The notes under the pieces were generated by a model that searched no databases, was not told the origin of the DNA, and worked only from the letters and a program-made list of their open reading frames with translations. From assembly GCA_026710105.1 (NCBI GenBank), contig JAPORR010000028.1:13633-77632 (forward strand): a stretch of 64,000 nucleotides of DNA, given 5' to 3'. Below, piece by piece: positions 40,319 to 50,481 of the stretch. Within the stretch, counting starts at the first letter, position 1, and the number at the start of each line of letters is the position of its first letter. The DNA is from Alphaproteobacteria bacterium. GTDB taxonomy: Bacteria > Pseudomonadota > Alphaproteobacteria > Bin95. The position numbers were made by a program, and so were the translations under genes.

Positions 40319-41361
40319 CGCTGCCACCCCTGCAGGCCGTCCAGGACGAGGTCTTCGCCCTCCAAGACCTCGCCGATGCGGAAGACCGACTCGCCCGCCG
40401 CCTCGAAGCCCGCTGCCAGCGCGTCCACGCGCTCGGGCGCCGCCGCGACGGTCATGCCGATGCCGCAATTGAAGGTCCGCGCAAGCTCTTCCGGTGCGAC
40501 ATGGCTCGCAAGCCATGCGAAGACTGGCGGCAGCGGCCATGCACCAGCGTCGATCCGCAAGGTGAGGCCTGATGGCAGGCCGCGCGGCGGGTTCTCGACG
40601 AGGCCGCCGCCGGTGATGTGCGCCAGCGCCCGCACCCCGCCCGCCGCGCGCGCCGCCAGCACGGGGTGGACATAGATACGAGTTGGCCGGAGCAGCGCCT
40701 CGCCGAGCAGCTCGTCCGAGAACGGCGACGGGCCCGCAAGGTTGAGGCCCTCGCCGTCGACGATCCGGCGGACCAGAGAGAAGCCATTGGCATGCAGGCC
40801 GTCGGAGGCGAGGCCCAGCAGGATGTCGCCGGGGTGGGCGCTCGGCTGCTCCAACTGCTCGCGCTCGACCGCGCCCACGGCGAAGCCCGCAAGATCGTAG
40901 CGCCCCGGCGGGTAGAAACCCGGCATTTCCGCTGTCTCCCCGCCGATAAGCGCGCAGCCGGCGGCGATGCAGCCCGCCGCAATGCCTTCCACCACGGCCG
41001 CTGCTGCCGCCGGATCCAGCGCCCCGGTCGCGAAATAGTCGAGGAAGAACAGTGGCGCTGCGCCCTGCGCGGCTAGGTCGTTCACGCACATCGCCACGAG
41101 GTCGATGCCGATGTCGCGATGGCGGCCGAGCGCCTGGGCTATGGCCAGCTTGGTGCCGACCCCGTCAGTTGCGGCCACCAGGACCGGGTCGCGGAAGCCG
41201 GCCGCGCGCAAGTCGAAATAGCCGCCGAAGCCGCCGAGCCGGGCGTCGGCACCCGGCCGTGCCGTCCGCGCTGCCACCGGCGCAATCCGGCGCACCAGCG
41301 CGTCTCCCGCGTCGATATCGACGCCGGCCGCCTTGTAGGTCGCGCCGTCCGCGCTCGCCAT
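40315..41361 (-). CDS. purM: phosphoribosylformylglycinamidine cyclo-ligase
   Basis: [14 protein letters not shown] and [11 protein letters not shown] PurM motifs. The start is the ATG at 41361; the track ORF has a 100-aa basic junk extension. Confidence 0.9.
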   Translation of the reverse strand: MASADGATYKAAGVDIDAGDALVRRIAPVAARTARPGADARLGGFGGYFDLRAAGFRDPVLVAATDGVGTKLAIAQALGRHRDIGIDLVAMCVNDLAAQGAAPLFFLDYFATGALDPAAAAAVVEGIAAGCIAAGCALIGGETAEMPGFYPPGRYDLAGFAVGAVEREQLEQPSAHPGDILLGLASDGLHANGFSLVRRIVDGEGLNLAGPSPFSDELLGEALLRPTRIYVHPVLAARAAGGVRALAHITGGGLVENPPRGLPSGLTLRIDAGAWPLPPVFAWLASHVAPEELARTFNCGIGMTVAAAPERVDALAAGFEAAGESVFRIGEVLEGEDLVLDGLQGWQR

Positions 41362-41418
41362 GCTGCCTCCGGGGCGGTATAATCCCGCACGACAATATCC
41401 ATCGGGCGAAGAGGCGCA

Positions 41419-42552
41419 ATGCGAGCGTTGTTCCGTCGAGCGTTGTTCCGGCTGGCGGCGTGTCTTGCGGCGCTTGTGGTGCTTGCGGCTCTGGCGCCGG
41501 GCGGGCCGGCGGCTGCCAAGGTCGATCTCTACCGGGTGCAGAACCTTGCCGTAGACGAGTCGGCACCGTCTGCGGCCGAGGCGAAACAGGCCGCGATGGC
41601 GGCGGCACGCCTGGAAGCTTTTGACAGGGTGCTCCGCCGCCTGACACTGCGTGAGGATCACGAGCGCTTGCCGGCCCCCGACCCCGCGGTCGCGGCGGCG
41701 GCGATGCGCAGCGTGCAGGTGCTGGAAGAGCGCCAGTCACCGGTACGCTACATCGCGCGCGTTTCGGTCGGGTTCCATCCGGAGCCGGTGCGCACGCTGC
41801 TGCAGAAGGCCGGGATCCCGTTCTCGGAATCGGTGAGCGGCCCCGTGGGTGTCTTCCCGGTCTATGAGTGGGGCTCGCTGCGGCTGTTGCTGGAAGACGT
41901 CAATCCCTGGCGCGCGGCCTGGGCGCTGCGGCCGGCGGTGAACGAGCCGGTGCCGCTTTTGCTGCCGCTGGCCGACGACCCCGCTATGCTGACGCCTCCC
42001 ATGCTCACAGCCGACAGCGCGGCCGATGGTGATAGTGCCCGCCTGTTGCAGGCGGCGGCGCGCATCGGCGCCCGGCGCGCCCTGGTCGCCCATGCCGTCT
42101 ATCGTCTGGTGGGGCCGCGCCCGGTGCTGGAGGTGGCGCTGAGGCGTTTCGGCGCCGGTGCTGCCGCCGGGGCAATCCAGACTCTGCGCATCGAAGGCCG
42201 GCCCGGGGAGACGGTCGAAAGCCTCTGTGCTCGTGCTGCTGCCGCGGCGGCTGACGAGATCCAGGAAAGCTGGAAGCGCGCCAATCTAGTCGCGGCCGGC
42301 ACTGTGGCTGAGACCTTCGAGGCGACGGCGGCGCTCCGCGACCTCGCAGACCTCATCGCGGTGAAGGAGGTGCTCGCGGCTGCCGGCGGCGTCCAGCAGG
42401 TTCAGCTCGCGGAGCTGGCGCGCGATCGGGCGCTGTTCCGCTTCCGCTTCGCTGGCGGTGCCACGCGTCTCCAGGGCGTTCTGGAGCGCCACGGCCTGGC
42501 GCTTGAACCAGCCGGTGCTAATGCCTGGACGCTCCGTTCGCTGGACCGCTGA
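41419..42552 (+). CDS. DUF2066 domain protein (secreted)
   Basis: Signal peptide; conserved alphaproteobacterial partner divergent from purM. Confidence 0.5.
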   Translation: MRALFRRALFRLAACLAALVVLAALAPGGPAAAKVDLYRVQNLAVDESAPSAAEAKQAAMAAARLEAFDRVLRRLTLREDHERLPAPDPAVAAAAMRSVQVLEERQSPVRYIARVSVGFHPEPVRTLLQKAGIPFSESVSGPVGVFPVYEWGSLRLLLEDVNPWRAAWALRPAVNEPVPLLLPLADDPAMLTPPMLTADSAADGDSARLLQAAARIGARRALVAHAVYRLVGPRPVLEVALRRFGAGAAAGAIQTLRIEGRPGETVESLCARAAAAAADEIQESWKRANLVAAGTVAETFEATAALRDLADLIAVKEVLAAAGGVQQVQLAELARDRALFRFRFAGGATRLQGVLERHGLALEPAGANAWTLRSLDR

Positions 42553-42570
42553 GCGCGTGGTGGGCGGGCG

Positions 42571-43128
42571 ATGACGCTGCCGAACGCGATCACGCTCGCG
42601 CGTCTCTTGGCCGTACCGGCCGCGGTATGGCTTATCGTGCGCGGCTGGCATGAGGCGGCGCTCTGGGTATTCCTGCTCGCGGGCCTTTCCGATGCTATCG
42701 ATGGCTGGCTGGCCCGGCGGCTCGGCCAGGTGTCGCGGCTCGGCAGCCTGCTCGATCCGGTGGCCGACAAGGCGCTTCTGGTCTCTGTGTTCCTCTCGCT
42801 CGGGGCCCGGGGCTTGTTACCAGCCTGGCTGGTGATCCTGGTGGTGTTCCGCGATGCGCTGATCGTCTGCGGCTGGCTGCTCGGCCAGATTCTCATGCCG
42901 TCTGCGCAGCCGGTCCGCCCGCATTGGACGAGCAAGCTCAATACCTGCGCCCAGCTCGCGTTTGCAGCCGGTGTACTCGCCATGCTGGCTTGGAGGTTCG
43001 ACATGCCGCTGGTGGAGGTGGGCGCCTATGCTGTCGTCACTGTGACGACGGCCGTGTCCGGCGGGGTCTATGTTATCACCTGGATGCGCGGCATGATGCG
43101 GCTGGAACGGGGAGGCGGCACGGCGTGA
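42571..43128 (+). CDS. CDP-alcohol phosphatidyltransferase family protein
   Basis: DAIDGWLARR...LLDPVADK CDP-OH transferase motif. Confidence 0.8.
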   Translation: MTLPNAITLARLLAVPAAVWLIVRGWHEAALWVFLLAGLSDAIDGWLARRLGQVSRLGSLLDPVADKALLVSVFLSLGARGLLPAWLVILVVFRDALIVCGWLLGQILMPSAQPVRPHWTSKLNTCAQLAFAAGVLAMLAWRFDMPLVEVGAYAVVTVTTAVSGGVYVITWMRGMMRLERGGGTA

Positions 43129-44201
43129 GTCCTGCAAGACAGGCCGGCATCTGGCTCGTCATCGCGCTGGCGGCAATCCTCTTCCTTGCGCTCTTCCAGG
43201 ACATCCTGTTGCCCTTTGTTGCCGGCATCGCTATCGCCTATTTCCTCGATCCGCTGGTCGACCGGCTGGAGCGCCAGGGCGTCGGGCGGACAGCCGGGGC
43301 CCTGCTCGCGCTCATCGGCTTCGCGGTGGCGAGCGTCGGGGTGTTGCTGCTGCTCCTGCCGGTCGTCAACGCCCAGTTCGGCCGCCTTGTCGCCGCCCTA
43401 CCCGGCTATATCGAAATGCTGGAGCAGGCCGCCTTGCAGATCGTGGCGCGCGTGCAGTCTGAGCTCCCGCCGGAGCACCTCGAGACTCTACGCCAGACGC
43501 TAACCGGCCATATCGCCACGGCCGCTGGTTGGGCGGGCGGCTGGGCGGGTGAAATCGCCGGGCGCGTGCTCGGCAGCGGGCTCGCGCTCGTCAACCTGCT
43601 CGGTCTCGCGGTTGTCACGCCCGTCGTCGCCTTCTACCTCCTGCGCGATTGGGACAGGATCACCGCTGCCGTCAACGACCTGCTACCGCGCCGCAGCGCT
43701 CCCGTCATCCGCAGGCAGGCGGCGCTGATCGATGTCACGCTCGCCGGCTTCGTGCGCGGCCAGGCCACGGTCTGCCTCCTGCTTGGCCTCGGCTATGGAT
43801 GCCTGCTGATGGCCGTCGGGCTTGAGTTCGGCTTCATCGTCGGCCTCTTCTCCGGCCTGGTCTCCTTCATCCCCTATGTCGGCAGCGTGCTGGGCGGGCT
43901 GATCTCGGTCGGGCTCGCGCTGGACCAGTTCGAGACGCTCTGGCGGGTGGCGCTGGTCGCGGCGATCTTCTTCGCCGGGCAGGCCGTTGAGGGCAATTAT
44001 CTCACCCCGAAACTGGTCGGCGACCGGGTTGGCCTGCATCCGGTTTGGGTGATTTTCGCGCTCTTCGCCGGTGGCTCTCTTCTGGGCTTCCTCGGCATGC
44101 TGGTCGCTCTGCCGGCGGCAGCAGCGCTCGGCGTGCTGGCGCGTTTCGCCATCGAGCAATATCGGGAGAGCCGCCTCTATGCGCCCGACGACGGCTCATA
44201 G
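43124..44201 (+). CDS. AI-2E family transporter (PerM/UPF0118)
   Basis: Eight-TM protein with FVAGIAIAYFLDPLVDRLE and VALPAAAALGV motifs. The likely GTG start at 43124 overlaps the upstream stop. Confidence 0.7.
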
Positions 44202-44934
44202 CCGGCAATTCGTCCTCCATCTTGGCCACCGCACGGCCATGGGCGCGGAGGACTTTCTGGTCGCCGACAGCAATGCCGAGGCGGTAGCGTGGATCGACCG
44301 CTGGCCCGACTGGCCGGCCCCGGTGCTGACCGTCTGGGGGCTGGCGGGGGCCGGGAAAACCCATCTCGCCCATGTCTGGCAGGCCCGCAGCGCCGCGGCC
44401 ATGCTGGCACCGGCAGCGCTGGCGCAGGCCAGTGCGGTCAACCTGCTGGGCGGGCGCCGGCATCTGGTCATTGATGGTGCCGACAGCGCCGTGGACGAGC
44501 TGGCCCTGCTGCACCTCTACAACCTGTTGGCGAGCCAAGGCGGCTCGCTGCTGCTGACCGCGGCCCTGCCGCCCGCGCGCTGGCGCATCCAAACGGCCGA
44601 TCTCGCCTCGCGCCTCGCCGCCGGCCCGGCTGTTGCCATTCGTGCGCCCGACGACCGCCTGCTCGAAGCCGTGCTCGCCAAGCAATTCGCCGACAGGCAG
44701 ATCGAGATCAGCCAGGAGGTGCTCGATCTGCTGCTACGACGCATCGAGCGCAGTTTCGCTGCTGCGCGCCGTGCGGTAGATAGTCTGGACCGCGCCGGGC
44801 TTGCTGGGCGGCGCCGCATCACCGCGGCCCTTGTGCGGGACCTGCTCGCCGAGGGCGCATTCGAAGAGAGCGCCTCCGAAAAGGGCGCATTCCAACCGGG
44901 GGAGGACAGTGATGGATCTGGGAATCGCGGGTAA
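44179..44934 (+). CDS. hdaA: DnaA regulatory inactivator HdaA
   Basis: RQFVLHLGHRTAMGAEDFLVADSN and VWGLAGAGKTHLAHV Walker A; ~250 aa DnaA-paralog architecture. Confidence 0.75.
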   Translation: MRPTTAHSRQFVLHLGHRTAMGAEDFLVADSNAEAVAWIDRWPDWPAPVLTVWGLAGAGKTHLAHVWQARSAAAMLAPAALAQASAVNLLGGRRHLVIDGADSAVDELALLHLYNLLASQGGSLLLTAALPPARWRIQTADLASRLAAGPAVAIRAPDDRLLEAVLAKQFADRQIEISQEVLDLLLRRIERSFAAARRAVDSLDRAGLAGRRRITAALVRDLLAEGAFEESASEKGAFQPGEDSDGSGNRG

Positions 44935-45691
44935 GCGGGCCATTGTCGGCGCGGCTAGCAAAGGGCTCGGCAAGGGCTGTGCGATGGCGCTCGCCGAGGA
45001 AGGGGTGCACCTGACCATCAATGCCCGCACGGCCGCCGAACTGGAGGCGACGGCCGCCGAAATCCGCGCCGCCACCGGCGTTGAGGTGGCAGCCGTTGCC
45101 GGCGACATCACCCGGGCCGAGACTCGCCAGGCGATTCTCGCCGCCTGCCCCGAGCCGGACATTCTAGTCACCAATGCTGGCGGCCCGCCGCCTGGCAATT
45201 TCCGCACCGACACGCGCGAGCGCTGGCTCGCGGCGCTGGAGGCCCAGCTGCTCGGCCATGCCGAGATGATCACCGCCGTGGTGGACGGCATGGCCGCGCG
45301 CTGCTTCGGGCGGATCGTCAACATCACCTCGCAATCGACCAAGATGCCGGTGCCCAATCTCGGCCTCTCGACCTCGGCGCGCCTAGCCCTTCAGGGCTTC
45401 TGCAACACCATCTGCCGCGAGGTCATGGACCGCAATGTGGTCATCAATAACCTGCTGCCGGGGCCGTTCGACACCGACCGGCTGAAGAGCGGCATCACCC
45501 ATGCGGCGCAGCAGGCGGGCATCGAGGTCGAGGCGGCGCGCGCCGCGCGCATGGCCGCCACGCCCGCCGGGCGTTTCGGCACCGCGGAGGAGTTTGGCAA
45601 GGTCTGCGCCTTCCTGTGCAGCCAGCATGTCGGCTTCATGACCGCCAACAGTGTTCTGATGGATGGCGGTCTCTATCCGGGGACCTTCTGA
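44912..45691 (+). CDS. SDR family oxidoreductase
   Basis: GAASKGLGKGCAMALAEEG Rossmann motif, NAGGPPPG, YxxxK region; start MDLGIAGKRAIV. Confidence 0.8.
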   Translation: MDLGIAGKRAIVGAASKGLGKGCAMALAEEGVHLTINARTAAELEATAAEIRAATGVEVAAVAGDITRAETRQAILAACPEPDILVTNAGGPPPGNFRTDTRERWLAALEAQLLGHAEMITAVVDGMAARCFGRIVNITSQSTKMPVPNLGLSTSARLALQGFCNTICREVMDRNVVINNLLPGPFDTDRLKSGITHAAQQAGIEVEAARAARMAATPAGRFGTAEEFGKVCAFLCSQHVGFMTANSVLMDGGLYPGTF

Positions 45692-45694
45692 ACC

Positions 45695-46324
45695 ATGCCC
45701 GTCATGCCGCGACCCAGAGGCCTTGATCAATTTGTATGGGTGCTCGGGCACGCGATGCGCGCGGCCACATCGCCGGACGGGCCGGAAGCCTCGCTCGCAG
45801 CCCGCCTGTTCGCCGCGCTAGAGATGCCAGGAGACCGGCCCCCTGTTGCCCCTAAGCCGCGCCGCCCGGCCCCGGCTCTGGAGGGGGCACTGGAAGACGC
45901 CTTCGCGCACGCCGCTCGCGGCCCGGCGCCAGTGCAGCAGGTGGCGCGCGCGCTTCGGGCCCTCGACGCTCTGCTCTCCTGGGCACCGCGCCTCGGTGGC
46001 GAGGGCGACGATCCGGCCTTCCGCAAGGCGCATGCCAATGCCGTGTTGGTGGGCGCGGACGGGCTCGAGCGGCGTGCGGATGTGCGCATCGGGGTGAGCC
46101 TGGTGGCGCCGTGGACCGATTATGTGACGCATAATCACCCGCCGGAGGAACTCTATTTCGTGCTTGCGCCCGGCGACTGGTGGCGCGAGGATCTGGGCTG
46201 GCGCGCCCGCTCGGCGGGCAGCCTCCAGCACAACCCGCCCCATGCTTGGCACACTATGCGCGCCGGCGAAACCCCGCTCCTTGCCGTCTGGTGCCTCTGG
46301 ACGGCCCCTGATGCCAGTGCCTGA
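45695..46324 (+). CDS. cupin-fold protein of the DMSP-lyase (DddW/DddQ)-like family
   Basis: HNHPPEELYFVL plus a downstream HAWH block resembles the HxHxxxxE...H metal motif of DddW/DddQ cupins. Confidence 0.45.
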   Translation: MPVMPRPRGLDQFVWVLGHAMRAATSPDGPEASLAARLFAALEMPGDRPPVAPKPRRPAPALEGALEDAFAHAARGPAPVQQVARALRALDALLSWAPRLGGEGDDPAFRKAHANAVLVGADGLERRADVRIGVSLVAPWTDYVTHNHPPEELYFVLAPGDWWREDLGWRARSAGSLQHNPPHAWHTMRAGETPLLAVWCLWTAPDASA

Positions 46325-46472
46325 CTCGACCGAAGTAGACATCGTCGACGACCACTGACAAGAGGCATGCCTGCATTTAGTCCTGCTTATCCTCTTCGGC
46401 AGCGGCTTGGGCACGTATTCATTTAATTGATGCCGATTGGGTTCTCGCCTGTGGCCGTCATAGGCCGGTCGG

Positions 46473-47075
46473 TCACGGTTGCAGGCGTTGCCTCGTCCAG
46501 CCGCCTGGCTCCGCGCGGCAGACAAGGCGGTCGTGCAGACGATGGTCTCCGCGCCGCCAGAATTCGATGCGCGCGGGCCGCAGACGGAACCCGCCCCAGA
46601 AGATCGGCCTCGGGATAGCGGCCGTGCCGAACCGGGCCTCCATCTTGGCCACACGCGCCGCGAGCGCCACCCGGTCGGCCACAGGCTCCGATTGGCGCGA
46701 TGCCCAGGCGCCGATCCGGCTGCCGCGCCCACGGCTTGCGAAATAGGCGTCCGAAACCGTCTCCTCGACCCGCGCGACCTGCCCCTCGACCCGCAATTGC
46801 CGGTCGAGCACGCGCCAATGGAAGGTCAGCGCTGCCTGCGGGCGGGTGGCGAGCTCTCGGCCCTTGCGGCTCTCGTAATTGGTGTAGAAGACGAGCCCCT
46901 CCGGCTCGACGGCTTTCACCAGAACAATGCGGCAGGAGGGCATGCCGTCGGCACCCACAGTGGCCAGCGCCGCCGCATTGGCGTCCATTGGCTCGCAGGC
47001 CTCCGCCTCCTCGATCCAGCGCCGGACCGCGCCCAGCGGATCGCGCCCGATTTCCGCCTCTTCCGTGTTATGCAT
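46473..47075 (-). CDS. pdxH: pyridoxamine 5'-phosphate oxidase
   Basis: CRIVLVKAVEPEGLVFYTNYESRKGREL and RIEFWRRGDHRLHDR PNPOx motifs. Confidence 0.9.
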   Translation of the reverse strand: MHNTEEAEIGRDPLGAVRRWIEEAEACEPMDANAAALATVGADGMPSCRIVLVKAVEPEGLVFYTNYESRKGRELATRPQAALTFHWRVLDRQLRVEGQVARVEETVSDAYFASRGRGSRIGAWASRQSEPVADRVALAARVAKMEARFGTAAIPRPIFWGGFRLRPARIEFWRRGDHRLHDRLVCRAEPGGWTRQRLQP

Positions 47076-47201
47076 CCCTTGACGAACGCTCCTGGGGCGC
47101 CTTTATTGGGCAGTGGAAACCCACCATAGGCTGGGCCGCCGTCGAGGCAAGAGTGTGCTTCCGAATAGGGCGTGCTGGCTGAAGCAAGGGGCGAACTTCC
47201 C

Positions 47202-47678
47202 ATGAAACAGATTGTTGTCGCTGCGACGATTGCCCTGCTACTGGCCGCCTGCGGTCCGAACCAGGGCCCTAAACAGACTCTAGGCACCATTATCGGCGGC
47301 GTCGGCGGCGCCATGATCGGCAATGAGGTCGGCAAGGGCCGGGGACGCAAGGTGGCGATCGCCGCCGGCACGCTGCTCGGTGCCATGCTCGGCAGCCGCT
47401 TGGGCCGCGATTTGGATGAGGCTGATCGCATCACCGCCGCGCGCACGACGCAGGGCGCGCTGGAGCGTGGGCGCACCGGCGACCGCGTGGCATGGAAAAA
47501 CCCGGACAGTGGCAATTCCGGCTGGGTGGAGCCAACCCGGACCTGGCAGGAAAGCTCCGGCCGGTATTGCCGCGAATTCCAGACCGGCATCATCGTCGGC
47601 GGCGAGGAGCAGACCGGTTATGGCACCGCCTGCCGCCAGCCGGACGGCAGCTGGAAGATCGTCCAGCCCGCGGCCTGA
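47202..47678 (+). CDS. 17-kDa surface antigen / glycine-zipper outer-membrane lipoprotein (RT0821/Lpp0805 family)
   Basis: Lipobox LLAAC, glycine-zipper GGVGGAMIGNEVG, C-terminal YCREFQ...CRQPDGSWKIV. Confidence 0.7.
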   Translation: MKQIVVAATIALLLAACGPNQGPKQTLGTIIGGVGGAMIGNEVGKGRGRKVAIAAGTLLGAMLGSRLGRDLDEADRITAARTTQGALERGRTGDRVAWKNPDSGNSGWVEPTRTWQESSGRYCREFQTGIIVGGEEQTGYGTACRQPDGSWKIVQPAA

Positions 47679-48535
47679 TGCACGATCCCTATGCGGCACT
47701 CGGCTGCCCACGTGACGCCGATGGCGACACGCTGAAGCGCGCTTACCGGCGCCTCGTCAAGGAGAATCATCCGGACCGCAATCCGGGCGATGCCGCGGCC
47801 GAGGCGCGCTTCAAGCAGGCCGCTGCCGCATGGGATCTGCTGGGTGACCCGGAAAAACGCGCCCGCTTCGACCGGGGCGAAATCGACGCCCAGGGCCGCG
47901 AACGGCCTCCGGTCGGTGGATTCGGCAATTTCGGTTCCCATGCCGGATTCGATCCGGGGGACCTGTTCGGCGACATCTTCTCCGGCTTCCGCAACCGTTC
48001 GCGGCGCGGTGCCGATATGCGTTATCGGGTGTCGGTACCCTTCATCGATGCAGCAAAGGGCGGCACGGTGCGGCTGCGGCTGAAATCAGGGCGAACCGTA
48101 GCGGTTAGCCTACCGCCAGCGACCGAGGATGGTGCCCGGCTCCGGCTTGCTGGGCGCGGTGAGCTTAGCCCGTCCGGTGGCCCGCCGGGCGATGCTGAGG
48201 TCGAGGTTTCGGTCGCGCCACATCCCTGGTTCCGGCGCGAAGGCCGCACGATCCTGGTCGATTTGCCGGTCTCGCTCGCCGAAGCGGTCCGGGGTGGCAA
48301 GGTGCGCGCGCCGACGCTGGACGGCCCGGTGACGGTGCAGGTCGCACCGATGACGAGCTCCGGCGCACGGCTGCGGCTGAAGGGTAGGGGCGTGCCGGAC
48401 CCTGCCGGCGGCCCGCGCGGCGACCAGATTCTGCGGGTGATGATCCAGCTTCCTCGCGATCCCGACCCGGGGCTCGCGGACGCCGCCAAAGACCGCGCTG
48501 GCGCCGACCCCCGTGTCGAAGCCGGCATGGCCTGA
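47678..48535 (+). CDS. J-domain protein with DnaJ C-terminal substrate-binding domains (CbpA/DjlA-like co-chaperone)
   Basis: DPYAALGCPRDADGDTLKRAYRRLVKENHPDRN J-domain with HPD; no Zn-finger. The ATG at 47678 overlaps the lipoprotein TGA in an ATGA. Confidence 0.8.
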   Translation: MHDPYAALGCPRDADGDTLKRAYRRLVKENHPDRNPGDAAAEARFKQAAAAWDLLGDPEKRARFDRGEIDAQGRERPPVGGFGNFGSHAGFDPGDLFGDIFSGFRNRSRRGADMRYRVSVPFIDAAKGGTVRLRLKSGRTVAVSLPPATEDGARLRLAGRGELSPSGGPPGDAEVEVSVAPHPWFRREGRTILVDLPVSLAEAVRGGKVRAPTLDGPVTVQVAPMTSSGARLRLKGRGVPDPAGGPRGDQILRVMIQLPRDPDPGLADAAKDRAGADPRVEAGMA

Positions 48536-48583
48536 CGCGAATCAGTGCCTGCCTCTGTTCCGATTCCCCGGTTCAACCCCCGC

Positions 48584-49948
48584 TCAGTCGTCATCCACCT
48601 CCGGCATCAGCACGAATTCCGGATAGGCCTCAATGCCGAGTTCAGCGGCGTCCTGGCCGAGTTCCTCGACCGTATGGGAGACACGCGCACCTATTGTGTA
48701 TTTAATGCCGAGCCAGACGAGCAGCGACGTAGCGAAGACGAAGGCGCCAACGGCGAGCACCCCGGTAAGCTGAACCAACACATCGCCGCCGGCGGCGATG
48801 CACACCGCCATCGTGCCCCAGACACCGGCGAACAGATGCGCCGGGATCGCGCCCACGACATCGTCGATCTTCAGGGCCTCCAACACCTTCAGGCCCGCCG
48901 TGGTGACCGAGCCGCCGATCAGGCCGATCACGACTGCCCAGTAATGCTCGACGAGGTCCGGCCCGGCGGTAATGGCGACCAGACCCCCTATGGCGCCATT
49001 GAGGCCCGCCAGCAGGTCGGTGCGTCCGAATAACGGCCGCGCGAGCGCCAGCGCCGCCAGCACGCCGCCAGCGGCGGCAAGATTGGTGTTGGCGAGGATA
49101 TTGGCGAGCGCCACGACATCGGCTGCGCCGCCAAGCGCCAGTTGCGAGCCGCCATTGAAGCCGAACCAACCCATCCAGAGGATGAACACACCAAGCGTCA
49201 CGGCCGGCACATTGGAGGGCGGCGTGGCCTTGGCGGAGCCGTTCGCACGGAACTTGTTGCGGCGCGGCCCGACGATCAACGCGCCGGCGAGCGCCGCCCA
49301 GCCGCCGGTCGAGTGGACGATGGTGGAGCCGGCGAAATCCTGAAAGCCCATGGCGTCGAGCCAGCCGCCGCCCCAGGTCCAGGCGCCGACGACGGGATAG
49401 ATGAGGGCGGTCAATATGGCGATGAAGAGGAAGAACGAGACCAGCTTGACCCGCTCCGCCAGCGCTCCAGAGACGATCGAGGCGGTGGTGGCCACGAAGA
49501 CCATTTGGAAGAACCAGTCGGACATGGTGGCATAGCCATTGCTGACCACGGCCTCGACCTGTTCGGGCGCGGCGTCCGCGGCCGTCAGCAGGGCGATTTC
49601 CTCGGCCGTTGTGCCGTAGAGGAAGGAGAAAGTCCCGATCCAGCCGCCATCCTCGACACCGACATACATGAGGTTGTAGCCGATGAAATAGAAGGTGAGC
49701 CCGGCAATGGCATAGAGGCCGATATTCTTCAGACAGATGACCGAGGCGTTCTTGGTGCGCACCGAGCCTGCCTCGAGCATGGTGAAGCCGGCGCACATCC
49801 ACATCACCAGCACGCCCCAGACGAGGAAGGCGAAGCTGTCGAGGACGAATTTCATCTCCGCTCCGGGCGCGGCGGCCGCGGCGGCATCCGGATATAGCAT
49901 GACGAAGGCCCCGCCCAGAAGGGCGAGTGCTGCCATTGTCCGCGCCAT
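48584..49948 (-). CDS. amtB: ammonium transporter
   Basis: Signal-like N-terminus MARTMAALALLGGA, Amt signature FAGSTIVHSTGGWAALAGALIVGPR, eleven TM helices; start at 49948. Confidence 0.85.
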   Translation of the reverse strand: MARTMAALALLGGAFVMLYPDAAAAAAPGAEMKFVLDSFAFLVWGVLVMWMCAGFTMLEAGSVRTKNASVICLKNIGLYAIAGLTFYFIGYNLMYVGVEDGGWIGTFSFLYGTTAEEIALLTAADAAPEQVEAVVSNGYATMSDWFFQMVFVATTASIVSGALAERVKLVSFFLFIAILTALIYPVVGAWTWGGGWLDAMGFQDFAGSTIVHSTGGWAALAGALIVGPRRNKFRANGSAKATPPSNVPAVTLGVFILWMGWFGFNGGSQLALGGAADVVALANILANTNLAAAGGVLAALALARPLFGRTDLLAGLNGAIGGLVAITAGPDLVEHYWAVVIGLIGGSVTTAGLKVLEALKIDDVVGAIPAHLFAGVWGTMAVCIAAGGDVLVQLTGVLAVGAFVFATSLLVWLGIKYTIGARVSHTVEELGQDAAELGIEAYPEFVLMPEVDDD

Positions 49949-50089
49949 TGAGACAGACAGGCCTGGGGCGCGTCCGTGCTCTTTTGGAAGATGAAATTGT
50001 CCTGCTGCCTGCATTACGCGTGTTCCTCGCTCGACGAGCCCTTTAGACCCCTGTATCGCTGCTTTGACGGATTGTCCTGCCAAATATAT

Positions 50090-50400
50090 AGACCTATATC
50101 CGTGACTAGCATCCGGTTTCGGGCTTGCTCTTGTTCGTGCTTTATCCCAATATGCGTGGTGAGGGTGCCCGTGACCGCCCTCGCCCGACCGCTTATGCTC
50201 TGGAGCGGCCACCTATGCCTTTGATAGAGACCCACCGCCAGCTTGTCTACCTGCTGGTGCAGCGCCAACTGGCGGCGTCTGGAAGGGCTGCTTGAAGCAG
50301 AGCGCCAGCTCTACAATGCGGCGCTTGAGGAGCGCATCGACTGCTCTCGCAAGACAGGGAAGGGCCACCGGAAGCAGCGGCCGCCCCCATCCCGTATTCG
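50090..50400 (+). mobile_element. left arm of a ~300-bp imperfect inverted repeat containing a frameshifted 5' fragment of an IS200/IS605-family tnpB (orfB)-like gene
   Basis: The reverse complement of 57420-57713 aligns with this arm at high identity, e.g. ctatatccgtgact..catccggtttcgg and gatagagacccaccgccagcttgtctacc...ggaagggctgcttgaagcagagcgccagctctacaatgc. The encoded ..YLLVQRQLAA / LEGLLEAERQLYNAALEERIDCSRKTGKG resembles the TnpB N-terminus (RLYP..Q..L....G..RFVYN..L..R...Y...GKG). Confidence 0.5.
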
Positions 50401-50481
50401 TCAAGTCGCTCTATAGTTTCTACACAAGCTAAGTCCCATACTGATATAAGCTGGAGCCCCGAAGTGGGAGGGGGCTGTGCT

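Noticed and set aside
39431-41089. Long plus- and minus-strand ORFs (414 and 464 aa) across purN-purM
   Set aside because: The 464-aa minus ORF is purN (207 aa) plus an Arg-rich spurious N-terminal extension overlapping purM. The plus-strand ORF is antisense.
49949-50089. Possible sigma-54 / NtrC promoter upstream of amtB
   Set aside because: No convincing TGGCAC-N5-TTGCA element was found on the minus strand (best candidate TGGCAGGACAATCCG is poor), and glnK is absent. The region is short because the inverted-repeat arm begins ~140 bp upstream.
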